Shown here one piece after another: positions 1-13,295 of a stretch of DNA of 64,000 bases. Source of the DNA: the human T2T-CHM13v2.0 reference genome, Homo sapiens. The stretch lies in the NCBI RefSeq assembly GCF_009914755.1, contig NC_060934.1; one strand, written 5' to 3'. Position numbers and translations under genes: made by a program. Within the stretch, counting starts at the first letter, position 1; each line of letters begins with the position of its first letter. Under the pieces are notes generated by a model, which saw only the letters and a list, made by a program, of their open reading frames with translations, did not search any database and was not told where the DNA came from.

Positions 1-1561
1 GGAGCTGACACATAGCCTGGCCCGGCCCACCCAGCCCACCCCTCGCCTTTCTCATCCTCGTTTGTGCCACCTTCCTGGCCAGCTGCTGCAGCCCCTGCAG
101 AAGGAGACTTGCCTCTGAGGGACTGCTTAGAACAGTGCAGCACCTGGGCCCAGCCCAACCCAGTGCCTTGAGCCTTTGTTGAACAGTGAAGCCCCCAGAG
201 AGAGAAGCAGAGGCATGAGTGCCAGACCCTGAGCCGCCAGCCTGGTGGTCCGTGGGGGCGTTAAGGGGCAACACTGAGCGACTGAGTGCTCTGCTTTGTC
301 CTTTCAAGGGTGGAACCTGGTGCTGGCCCTGATGCCACCTTCGATTCCTTTGTTTGGGGGGCAGCCCCCTCCAGACCCTGAGCCCCAATAAGCCAGTCTG
401 GCTGCTCACTCTCCCCGGCGTCCCCAGCCGGTGCAGTGCCTGCCCCACAAGGACCAGCAGGAAGTGTACATGGGATGAATATGAGCAAAGCGCACAGGGC
501 ATTGGGAAAAGACAAGGCTGGGCCCCTACCCCAAGCAGTCTGCTCCTCTGGATTTTAGCCTCAAAGCAGACACTTAGTAGACACCAACTGCGTACAGCTG
601 CAGCGCTCGGTAAGGCAGAGGAGAAGAGAGAATCACGAGGCTGGGGCACTGGGAGTGCAGGTCAGGGGCCGGGGCCCTGTGGTCGTGTGGCTGGCCATGG
701 CTAGTCAAGGCCCCCTGCGCAGGTCTAGCCCTCTGGCCTCATTCATAGCCTCATCCCGTCTCACCTGGGTGTCTGCTCCCAAAGACTCTTCCTCTCCTAG
801 TAACCTTCCTGCCTCGTGGTTCTGATGAAGACACTCTCCTACCTCAACCATCCCTGGCTCCTTCTACCTCCAGATGAAAATCCCGCCACCTGACCTGGCC
901 TTCAGGATCCTCTATCATCTCTCCCTGACCAGCCCCCTCCCCTTGACCCATCTCTGCACCCTCCTCCCGCTTTCTAAGTCAAACGTGTTTTGGGTGTTCC
1001 CCAGACTCACCCTGCACGTCCTGCCACTCTGCTTTGCTGGTGCAGTTCCCTCTACCTGTATACCCCTCCCCCTACCCACACCTTGAAAGCCTATTTGTCC
1101 TGCAAGACTCAACTTAAATACCTCTTCCCCGTGCAGCTCCCTGACCTCCAGCTGGCAGCCAGTCATGCCCCCTGCCCCCGGGGTGCCCGATCTGTATCAC
1201 CTTGATGCGTCCTCTGAGCATGATTAGCCCCCCATGAGTCTGAGCACTCCTAGAGGCCAAGTGCCTCGGTGGTGCCTTCTCTGTCAGGAAGGGGCTTGCA
1301 CCCAGGAGGTACAACTCTGCAAATTAGCTGAGTATGTGCACGAGACAGAGCTATTGATGCAGTCCTTGCCTTTTGTTGCTTACCCTACACAGAAGAGGTG
1401 ACAGTGACTCGACACCCATTAATGAGTGCCCACCATAACCCAGGAACGAGGTCTGTAATCCTGAGAGAAACAAGATTCCTGCTCTCCTGTCCCATCAGGC
1501 ATCTAGCCAGGCTGTGAGTGTGTGAGCACAGATGCACGCCAAGACTCAGAGGCAGCCCTGA

Positions 1562-1903
<342 letters not shown>

Positions 1904-3088
1904 TGAGCTGGTGCAGAGTGTGGGGCACATCGTGTCTTTGTGGGGACCAGAGTCCCCTCCCGGCCACTCCTCACCTAAGCTGCAGATGAACTTCACGCCA
2001 GGCAGTGCAGAAGAGGCGTGGGCCAGGGAGCCCACATTGGCTGTCCAGAGACTTGGGCACTTTCCCAGGTCTGGGGGTCCTGGACAGATTCCTTCTAAGC
2101 GTCAGTTTCCTCCCTGTCCAGTGAAACCAGTAACACTCATGCCTCCCACCTGCCTGGGAGATTTGAGGGTGAAATGAGAACTGAATGGGGAATGCTTTCA
2201 AGAGCATTGACGGCCACTACATTCAGTTCATCTTGACCAGCATGCATGCATCGAGCACTACTGTTGACGCCAGGTTCTGGGCCAGGCAGAAACATAAGAG
2301 GCCCCTCCCCCAGCAGCTCACATTGCAGGGAGTTGCATCTTCCCAGGAGGTCCCCAGGTCCCCCAGTCGGTGTGTGAGGCAAGATTCCAGCTGAGGTAGA
2401 ATTGTCCTTGAAAGTCCCCTACATGGTCTATAAATCATGAGCTCTCAGCTGGATCAGAGGCCCAAGAGATGCAGACCAGGCAGAGGCTGGGTGATCTGTG
2501 CGGGATACGTGCTGTGATTCCGGGGCCTGCTCTGTTTAAAGTCAGGGAGTCAGAAGCCAGGAAGGCCTGCTGTGCTTCGGCTCCTGCCACGCTCCCGCGG
2601 ATGACCCCTTGCTGGCAGTGGGGACTGGGCCGGGGACTATGGAGGCCGTGGGAGCAGCAGTGTGCTGCAGGCGAATGACTGCATCTCCAGAGAGCTCATG
2701 TGCACCTCTCTTCCCAATTCCGTGTCCAATGGCTTTGCGTCGGTAGCTTACAGTAGATCCTGGTGGTAGCATCTGCACAGCAGCAATTTGCAAATGCTAC
2801 AAATCAGGGCCTCTGCGTCCCCCTCTCCCAGAACCAGTGGTTATCACTTACCAGTACCGCCCTGAGTGGAGGCAGGTGGGGACCGTCCTTGGAACTCTGG
2901 CACCCCCTATACATGGGGATCCCCTGGTCCTCTGGGACAGAAGGTGGCTTGGGAAGCTGCTAGGTGCGGATCAGTGTCCATGGCAACCACACCACAGACC
3001 CCGTCTGGCCAGGGATGGCATCAGTGTGATGGGTAATCAGGGAATGCTTTTTGGAGAAACACGGGGGCCACTGAGAATATAAAGAGTA

Positions 3089-3439
<351 letters not shown>

Positions 3440-3499
3440 TCACAGCATTGCTCTCGACCCTGGCTGCCTGGCGAACCGCCTGGGGAGCATGAACAACAC

Positions 3500-3600
3500 T
3501 CGCCTTGGATGCAGTCCCCAGGGAGTCTGGGGTAAGACTCGGGCTTCAGGAGTTTTGAAACCTCCCCAGCTGATTCTAGCGTAGAGCCAGGGTTGAGAGT
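3500..3600. mobile_element. MER5-like hAT-Charlie MITE fragment
   Basis: ctccccagctgattctagcgtagagccagggttgagagtcact resembles the MER5A end. Confidence 0.45.
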
Positions 3601-4161
3601 CACTATTATGGGAAGTGCCACATGCAAGGAGTGTGTTGTTTGTTGTTTGTTTTTAGTGCCAAGGGCTTTGGGAGTGGCCACTCCTTGGTGTTCCAGGAAA
3701 CCACATAGCGTTGAGTGCATGAACATCACGGTTGTGCCATTGGGCTGATGTCCGAAATTGGAGAGGATGTGGGCATCCAGACTGGGGGTGTGGCAAAGGT
3801 TTGGAACCCGGGTGGCCATCCTTGTGGCCTCTGGGCTACCTATTGCTATGGTGACGGGCTGAGATTAGTCATCGCATTGGAACTATTCCTCTACCTTCCA
3901 GCACACTCCAGGTCCCGTGCCAGGCCCCAAGGGAGATCCCATGGCACACAAAACAGTTGGTTGTTTCCAGTCTGAAGAGGAGCAGGGGTGTCAGCAAAAC
4001 CCCTTAAATAGAAGTAGAAATACGAGTCACAAGAGAAGAGAACAGGCAGCCTCCGGGAAGATGGGAGAGTAGCGGGGCCTCCGTGCGTGCACCCAGGCAT
4101 GGCTGGAGAAAAGCGCTCCAGGCCCTGGAAGCAGCATGTGGAAGGAGGCGGCTCTGAGGGT

Positions 4162-4256
4162 CAGAGCGACCAACTGTCCTGCTTTGCCTGGGACTGTCCT
4201 GCTTTTAGCACTGAAAGTCCTGTGTCCTGGGGAGACAGGGACAGTTGGTCACCCTG
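4162..4256. mobile_element. hAT-Blackjack MITE (MER94-like)
   Basis: 18-bp terminal inverted repeats cagagcgaccaactgtcc ... ggacagttggtcaccctg (16/18 complementary). Confidence 0.75.
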
Positions 4257-4518
4257 GGAGTGACCCTGGCCACTTCGAATCAGGGCATTAGGAGGATGAG
4301 GTAGCAGAGCCCCGCAAAGCGCACAGCCTGACAAGGTGCACAGAGCAGCCCACCGGTGCCCTCCTGCCTCAGCCGTGTACCCTGTGGCCCAGGGCCTCTG
4401 TTCCTGGCATCCGAGGCCTCAGGTCAGCAAAGGTTGCAGGCCCTGGAGTGCGAAGCCGCTGTGAGCTGGGGACTTTGCCTTTTCCCCACTGGCCCTCCCC
4501 AGGCTGCACGCCAACCCC

Positions 4519-4730
4519 CAGTCATCCCTGCCAGCCCCCCACAGTCATCCCGCCCCCCACAGTCTTCCCTGCCAGCCCCCCACAGTCTTCCCTGCCAGCC
4601 CCCCCCAGTCGTCCCTGCCAGCCCCCCACAGTCATCCCTGCCAGCCCCCCACCATCGTCCCTGCCAGCCCCCCACCGTCGTCCCTGCCAGCCCCCCACAG
4701 TCATCCCTGCCAGCCCCCCACAGTCATCCC
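4519..4730. repeat. 23-bp C-rich minisatellite, ~9.5 copies of CAGTCATCCCTGCCAGCCCCCCA
   Basis: Tandem units read directly; one shortened 18-nt unit at 4542-4559. Confidence 0.95.
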
Positions 4731-6221
4731 ATCCCCACACCACTGTCGGGGCTGCTGCCACATTCCTAAACCATGAGCACTGTGAGTGACATCATCTTTT
4801 TCACTTCCATTGACTCTTTTTTTAAAATAAAAATCAATGTATTTTAAAAGGAAACCTTTCCAAGGAAATAATAGCCATGAAAGAGGGGTTTGGGTGTGCC
4901 AGGTAACTTTCTGTTCCATTACAGATTTTTAAAATACGCTCATTTCTTAACATTCCTCTGCAAGCCACCCAGGGCCAGCTTCGTGAGCTTGACCTGGCAC
5001 CCCCTAGGGCACCCTGGGTCCCCACACCTGGCTCAGTGCCCTCTGTTGCCATCTTAAAATTCTAAATGTGGAACATGGACCCTGCGTTTTCATTCTGCGC
5101 TGAGCATGTGAATGATGTGGTCTTGCTTCCAGCTAAAAGTCCGCTGAGTTCCACGGTGGCGTGCACCCCGGGCTTTGGGAACTAGAGAAGGGTCGCAGCT
5201 CTGCAACTGGACACCCCTGCCCGCACCCCTGCTTCCGTCCACGTGCACTTGGGCCCATGGTTTGCTTTGCTGGGGACAGCATGGCCTTGAGCCTTGAGCT
5301 GGAGACCAGAGCAGACTGGAGGGGAGAGTCCCAGAAAGTGCCGAGCCCTGAGACCATTGCTAGAACCTTCCTGGCATGGCGGAGCCCATGCTGAGCCGGT
5401 GCACTGATTCACAACCTTCGTATTAGCCAAATGTCAGGAGACTATAAGCAGGAGGTAGCCTCTACCCTCCAGTGACAGATGTGTCACCAGGTCTGGGGAT
5501 CCCTTCACACCCCACCTGGGGCTGTCTCTATAAAGGCCTCATCTCCAGAGGCTCTGGGAAGCCTCCCCACACCAACCTTGAACTCTTAGAGGGCAGGGTC
5601 CACCCAGGTTCATCTCTGCCCTGGCATAGAGCAGGCCCCCAGTGCACAGCTGAGGGACGAGTAAGGCAAAAGATATGCCTACCATAATAATACCAGCTCC
5701 CAGTTACGGGCGCCAGGCTCGGTGGCCAGCACTGACAGCAGCCCCATCACCCAGGTGCCTCGTTGTCCCCATTTTGCCGGTAAGGAAACAGGACATAGGC
5801 CTCAGGGGATATGAGACTTCCCCAAAGTTCCTAAGCCCCACAGCTGGGACTCTAGCCCACGTCTGTCCAGTATGGGTAAGGGAGTGATGGCAGGAATGAG
5901 CCCTGGGCTGGGCACCCAGGTGCCCCGAGCTCCTGTGTCACCCCAGCCAGGGTCCCCGTCATGGATCTGAGAGAGGGCTGCACTGTCATCTGGAGGGGTC
6001 GCACAAAAAAACCACAGGCCATCATCTGAGGTGGACAGGAAGCCCAGCCAAGCCACTGGGGCCGACCCCTCCCCTGGACTCACCTGCCTCTGAGCCACAC
6101 ACCCTCCAGCCACTACCCATAGCAGTTCTGGGGGTGTGTCCTGGGAAGACTCCCTTCTGCTCCCCAAAACCCCAAGGCCTGGCTCGGGGCCACTGGAGCC
6201 GCAGGCGGGACATATGTGTGA

Positions 6222-6455
<234 letters not shown>

Positions 6456-6671
6456 TGAGTTTGGTGGCAGGAGGCTGAGCGCATGGTTTCTGTTTTCTCC
6501 ATGAAGGCAGCACACAAAAGCTGTCAGTGGCCAAGTAGGGAGCTGTAGCCACCACGGGCCAGTCATTGACGGGGAGCCTCGCCCAGCCCCTGAGACCTGG
6601 AGGGCGTGTGGCTCAGGGGCAGGTGAGGCCAGGGGAGGGAGCCCCAGTGGCTTTGCTGCTGGGCTTCCTGA

Positions 6672-6965
<294 letters not shown>

Positions 6966-7084
6966 TAGCAGCTTGGAAGGGCAACTGATTATGTCCAAGG
7001 CCCCTGATACCCACGGCAGCTGATGGGATCCCCGGGGAGAAGGGCAGGGCCAGCCCAAATTCACCCTCCCTCTGGGTTTCTCCG

Positions 7085-7285
7085 CCTTGACACTGTTGGC
7101 GCCTGGGGCCGGTTAATTCCTTGTCACGGTGCCGTCCTGTGCATCGCAAGATGTGGGGCAGCAAGTTTGGCCTCCACCCACCAGATGCAGCAACACCCCA
7201 TCCCCCAGTCGTGAGAGCCCATAAAGGAGCCAGACATTGCTGAATGTCCTCAGGGGCACAGTCACCCCTGATTGAGAGCCACTGC
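7085..7285. mobile_element. MER20-like hAT-Charlie element in GRK5 intron 15
   Basis: ccagacattgctgaatgtcctcaggggca...cccctgattgagagccactg and gtcctgtgcatcgcaagatgt match MER20 features. Confidence 0.7.
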
Positions 7286-7829
7286 CCTCTCTGGCCCTTA
7301 CGAAGCCTCAGTCATATAAAGACTGAACATCATAAGCCCAGGGAGAACTGGGGATAGAAGCTGACCCCACAGAACCTTCCGGCTCCTGGGATGGCCCCCA
7401 TCCAATGCTGTGCCCTCTAGCTGGCAGCCAGAGGAGACAGGGCCCTTGGGAAATGACACTTAGAGCCTGGCCCTGGGTAAGGGTTGGTATGGGCCAATGG
7501 AGGAAATGCGGGGGAAGGGCCCCCACTTCACCCCACACCATGAAGGTGGCCACCATACACCCCGTCTTGGCCTGGCCCCTGAGGAAGCTGTGGCCCAGTG
7601 TGCCCGCCCTGGAGCCTGGGAGGCTCCCTCACCTAGTTCTGCTCCTTCCTCCTCTCCACAAAGAGCCAGCTCCAGGATGGACACACTCAGCCAGCGATAA
7701 TATAAAAATACAACGCTTCAATGCTTCCATCAAGTAAAACGGAAGTTCCAGAAAGAATGACCTCTCCCTCCCCTGATGGCCAGGCATGCTAAGAACACCC
7801 TGGGTCCTAGAAAAAGAAATTACCATGGA

Positions 7830-7935
7830 GTCTCACAGACCCGGGTTCAAACCCAGCCCTGAGACTTCTTGGTTATGTGGCAACTTACGGAACCTCTCCC
7901 ACCTCAGTTTGCCTGCCTGAAACATCAGGATAGAA
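7830..7935. mobile_element. MIR fragment
   Basis: ccgggttcaaacccagccctg...aacctctc...cctcagtt MIR core. Confidence 0.55.
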
Positions 7936-8498
7936 ATGCCCATTGCCTAGAGCCATGGGTGGCGGCCCACATATGGGCACCAGCACCTGTGAAGCAAACG
8001 CTTCTTGCCTCCCTCCTCCTCCCCTCTGCAACATGAAGGGCCCAGCACTCACGGGATGCAGAGGGAAGGCCTGAGCAATGGGAACGACCGCCCATCTCTC
8101 CCAGGCCGGCCCTCGCTAGAGCCCTTTGCATATGAGGCCCCATTGTATCCTCCCAGCCACCCTGTGCGGAAGCTGCTCTTCTCCCGTGTTACAGGAGAGG
8201 AAACTGGGAGATGGAATTGCATGCCCAAGGCCACTCTGCGAGGGAGGGGAAGACTGAGAATTCCAGCCCAGGCAGCGTAACCCCATGCCTGCAGGCTTAA
8301 CCAAGGTGGATATTATAGGAGGGGCCGCCTCCACCCTGATTGGAGGTTCTGTTAATTCCATAGCTCTTCCCAGGTACCTGTGCCTCCAGGGGTGGCCCTT
8401 GTACCTGGCTCTGAGGGGAGACTGCAAAAGGCAATAAAAAGCAAGGGTTGGAGCAGGCAGAGGCAGCCCCGACCCATCCCCAGGGCTCCCAGGACTGA

Positions 8499-8639
<141 letters not shown>

Positions 8640-9166
8640 TTTCGGCTCTGGCCTCCAAGTCCACAGTGGAACCAGCCCAGACCCTTCTCCTTAGAAGTGG
8701 AAGTAGTGGAGCCCCTGCTCTGGTGGGGCTGCCAGGGGAGACCCCGGGAGCCGGGGAAGGAGGCCGTCCATCCCGTCGACGTAGAACCTCGAGGTTTCTC
8801 AAAGAAATTTCCACTCAGGTCTGTTTTCCGAGGCGGCCCCGGCCGGGGTGGATTGGATTTGTCTTTGGTGAACATTGCAATAGAAATCCAATTGGATACG
8901 ACAACTTGCACGTATTTTAATAGCGTCATAACTAGAACTGAATTTTGTCTTTATGATTTTTAAAGAAAAGTTTTGTAAATTTCTCTACTGTCTCAGTTTA
9001 CATTTTGTATATTTGTATTTAAATGAAAGTGAGACTTTGAGGGTGTATATTTTCTGTGCAGCCACTGTTAAGCCATGTGTTCCAAGGCATTTTAGCGGGG
9101 AGGGGGTTATCAAAAAAAAAAAATGTGACTCAAGACTTCCAGAGCCTCAAATGAGAAAATGTCTTT

Positions 9167-9172
9167 ATTAAA
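9167..9172 (+). terminator. GRK5 proximal polyadenylation signal ATTAAA
   Basis: ATTAAA preceded by TGTA motifs (8974, 9006, 9014, 9044) and U-rich sequence; a second ATTAAA lies at 9288-9293. Confidence 0.7.
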
Positions 9173-11254
9173 TGTAGAAAGTGATCCATACTTCACCTTT
9201 GAAGGATTGGTTGTATTTACCCACATCTATCTCTGGAGCCATTTCCTCACATTGGTGTCACCCTTCTGTCGGCTTGGAACAATCTGAATTAAATGTTCCA
9301 GACACACGTGGGACTTCCCCCTCCCAGCCAGAATGTCCTCTCCTGGGGCCCTCGGAGTCGCCTAGGCTGAGCCCTTCTCCTCGAGGGGCACGCCGAGCCA
9401 CTGTCGAACCCACCTCTGTCTGCTCTTCCTTCAGGAAGGCGGCTGGCACGCGGATCTAGGTGTTTGCAGCCTGGTGGGCGATGGGCCTCTTTCCTTCTAA
9501 GCAGGTCCTGACTGCTAAAGCCAGTCATTTGCAAGAGGTTTGCATTGGGGGATTTTTGCTCTATTTTTAACAGAAGCATAGGACCGTAAAGATGTGTCAT
9601 GAAACCCCAAGTGTCCCAAAGCCTCGGGGCCCACAGGAGCATCGGGAAGTGAGGCAGTGCGCTCATCCTGACGGAGCAGCGTCGTGTCTGTAGCGGGGAG
9701 GGAGGCTGGCCCAGGAGCCCGGCATGTTCCTGAAGCGTTCACAGGGTTTTGAGACCTTCACAGCCCCATCAATGTGCTGGCCCATGTGGCATGGATGGGG
9801 TAGTCTCTCTGGGCAAATGAGAGGCCCAAGGAGAGACCAAGCCACCAAAGGGCTCAAGACAAAGTCACTGTTCCTTCCCCAGGAAGGTGGGGCAGAGGCA
9901 AGATCTATCGGACATTTCAAAGTTTCAGGCAGGAGCTCCTAGAGGACTTGGTGGCTTTGCCAGCCCAGGGGCCTCTGAAGGCAGCCCCCAGACCCTTGTA
10001 GCAGGGCTGTCCATCCCCAGGGAGCAGCTGGCCACCTCCTCCTGCCTCGAAGAAGTGACCAGGGGCCAATCTGCTCCCACCTCCCATCCAGGACAGGGTG
10101 AACATTTGACCTCACTGTCCCCTGCCCGGCTGAGTCCCTGATGTCTGACTGTGCCACCCAGCAGCTGCCAGGGTCTCTCACCATGTGGACCCTGCCCTAG
10201 CTGCAGCTGCACCTCCTGTCAAAAGTGCAGACTCGCAGGTTCCACCCCAAACCACAGAATGGGAATGCCTGGGAGCCCACCCCTGCTGTGGGCTCTCAGC
10301 GGGGCTTTGGGGGTGATCATCCCAAACACATTTCTCTGGATGACGCAGGCAGCATTGGAGCATGAGCCGTGGGGAGGACAGTCGTGAGCACACCAGCTGT
10401 GAGGCCCGGTTTCCATGCCTAACCCCCGGACTCTACCCCTGGGTCCTGGGGCGTACCGCTAAAAGGGTCCTGGCCTTTGGGACTGATCATTTTGAGGCCC
10501 TTTTACAAAGAAATGGGGGAGAAGAAATAGCTGGGCTTCCCTCAAATCTTTTTAATGTGCAGTATTTTTTTGTTCAAGACCAGCTCTTGTTTTATGAGGC
10601 TCCTTCCATTACCTTTCTTGGGCTGAATGCAAAACAAATACAGCCACATTCAAGTCTTCCAAGGAAGTAGAAAACTCTTTGAATGGTATCTTAAGATCCT
10701 TAAGCTCTTGCTGAACTTCCTTTTTCAATGAAAAGAAGGACCATCATCCTAGGATGGTCACCAGCCCAAGCCACCACCCCAGCCACCCATCCAGGAGGTT
10801 GGTTCCTTTTGCCCAGTTCATAGCAGCTCAGTCCTTACCAGATGGATTCTTGGTGTTGGGAAGCAGCCTCTTTTTATTCCTGAAAGGCAATGCCCTGTCC
10901 GTTTGCAGTAGAGAATCCCCAGGGAGCAAGAAAGATGACAGAAGTGTGGCTGCCGTGTTTCTAGGTCATGAGAGCTCTGGCAATACTACCACAAGGCCTG
11001 CACGTGGACTCTATGATAACTTGAGTCTTCCATCATGTTTGCCACCAGCCCTCCCTGAGTGCCCAGAGGAGATGGGGGCAGAGTCACTTGGCCTACTAAA
11101 GCCTCCTGTTCCTTCTGGCACATGCATTGCTTTGTGGTAAGAGAAAGGAAGTCTTTAGAACAGCGCCTGGGAATCAGCCCTTCTCCCTACTGAGTCCCCA
11201 GTCCTGTCCCTTCCCTGACTCGCTCCTCCTCCAACCTTGGTTTCTATAGCTGCA

Positions 11255-11560
11255 TTTTTTTTTTTTTTTTTGAGACAAGATCTCATTGTGTTCCCCAGGC
11301 TGAAGTGCAGTGGCATGATTCTGGCTCACTGCAGCCTCAAACTCCTGAGTCCAAGCTATCCTCCTGCCTCAGCCTCCGAGGTAGCTGGGACCATAGGCGT
11401 GCACCACCATACTCAGCTAATTTTTAAAATTTTTTGTAGAGATGGGGGGGGGGTCTCCCCATGTTGCCCAGGCTGGCCTCGAACTCCTGAGCCCAAGCTA
11501 TCCTCCTGCCTCAGCCTCCCAAAGTGCTGAGGTTATAGGTGTGAGCCACTGTCCCTGGCC
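11255..11560 (-). mobile_element. Antisense Alu (AluJ-like) inside the long GRK5 3'UTR
   Basis: Poly-T, tgagacaag..., ending gtgagccactgtccctggcc. Confidence 0.93.
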
Positions 11561-13289
11561 TATACGGTCATTTTTTAAAAGATATTTTAAAATTAAAAGC
11601 AAACAACACTGTCCACCCATCTACCTGTCCAGGATAAGGCATATTTGGACGGTGAACGGATTTACTCTCGTTCATGCATTTGAGCGCTTCACAGAAGAGT
11701 CTTTCTTGCTCCAGGCATGACATTTTTTTTCACCAGATGTTCACTGACTTCGTGACTTTGAGGTGAGACATGGGATCTCTCAGAAGCGTCTCTGCATCTG
11801 CATTTCAGGAGATGAGCTGCTGTCCCTGGTGGACAGAGGCGGTCTCTGCCATGGTCACCATGATGCCCTACAAGTGTTTATTGAGTCCCCTGGGGGGCAC
11901 CCAGAATACCACCCAAAATAGCAAGAAGACCCGGTCCCCGCCTTGCGGACGATGCACTCACACGCCACAGCAACCCATTCTCGCCTCTTCCTTGGCCGGG
12001 AACCCGGGGCTCTAGGGCTGCTCGCTGCTGCTGTGGCCCGCGCAGCCACGGGAGGCTTCCTGAAAGGCATTGCTCGGAGGGGCGGGGGCGGGGAGGCCTA
12101 GCCTGCCCCACAGACACAGCTGTGAGGCCTGGGTCATACACATACCAGCAAGCAGCTGCCGAGACAAATGGTGGTGGGAAGTCCTGGGAACACACACAGC
12201 CTTTGCATTGACAGCACAAGTAGGATCAGAGCCCAGGTGAGCCCCTGAGGATACCGAGGCCTTCCCTCCCTGAGGCCCGCAAGTCTCCATGCGTCTCCCG
12301 GGAGCCTGGCCCCGCTGCAGAAATCCCTTCTCTTCCTCCACACCCTGTCCTTTCCCCAAAGGCTCGTGTTATCAGTTCCAGCTACCCATCGACTTTCCCA
12401 CCGAGCCGCTGCCCTCAAAACGGAGGGGGCACCGCAGCCTCCTTGAGCCTGGCATCCCAGGCCTTGCCAAAGGGGACGGTGGCTTCCTGGATAATTGGAA
12501 ATCTCTGAGAAGAAGAGGAAACACCTGAGTGACACTCAGCTGTCCTCTGGGGTCCCCTGGTGTGCATGCACGTCCTCCTGAATACCTGTACTTCCAAGAG
12601 GTGGTCTCCTGTTTTCATAACCCAACCCTCTGAGATAGGATCTTCCAACTTTTTAGCCCCGGCTGTGGAAAGATAGTGAGTATGAAGTCTTTGTGCATTT
12701 GGAAGTGACATCGCTGTGTGGATTATGAATACAGAGAGCTGCCATCTTCCTGATCACAATAGACCACGATTGCAAAGCCTCCTCTCCCAGAGACCCCTTC
12801 TGCGCCTGCCCTCCCCACCCACCACCCAGCTGTTGAAGCTCAGCGTGTGCAAGTCAGACCCTGCACAGGCCGGGGGTGTCTCACCTGGCCTAAACGTAAA
12901 GGCTTGTGCCGGAGACAGTGATTCAAAACATTTGAAAAGCCAGCTCTCCCTGGCAGAGAAAGACACTTCCCCCTGAAGTGGAATTTAGATGTCTTTCCCT
13001 AGTCCATCAAGAAGTCATTTTTGTAACAGTCCCTAAGCGAGTGTTCTCAATTAGAAGAGTTTAGTGGCTTTTGGTGTTGTTAAAATAATAATAATCCTTC
13101 TAGCATCCAAAGCTTTCTAATTTTTTTCAGGGAGATTTGGACATTAATGAATGGAAACTTCCACGGTGGCGGTCACTCCTGAAGGCAGCGGCTTCTGTTC
13201 TCCCGCTGCTGTAACTCTGTGTGTTCCGTCTATCGCGTCACAGTGCCGCTGGATCTAGATGGAGCCACTGTTGTTGTTTTTAAAAGAGA

Positions 13290-13295
13290 AATAAA
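13290..13295 (+). terminator. GRK5 distal polyadenylation signal AATAAA
   Basis: AATAAA with upstream ttgttgttttt and a downstream GU/U-rich element ctcttgttctgtttcttctg (~13345-13364). Confidence 0.7.

Noticed and set aside
290-704. Pyrimidine tract plus AG at ~308 and a 116-aa ORF as an extra GRK5 exon
   Set aside because: The translation has no kinase similarity, and the four recognised exons already give a contiguous GRK5 C-terminal sequence.
9112-9123. A12 run as a transcript end or retro-insertion tail
   Set aside because: No upstream hexamer at a suitable distance and no TSD; more likely an oligo-dT internal-priming site.
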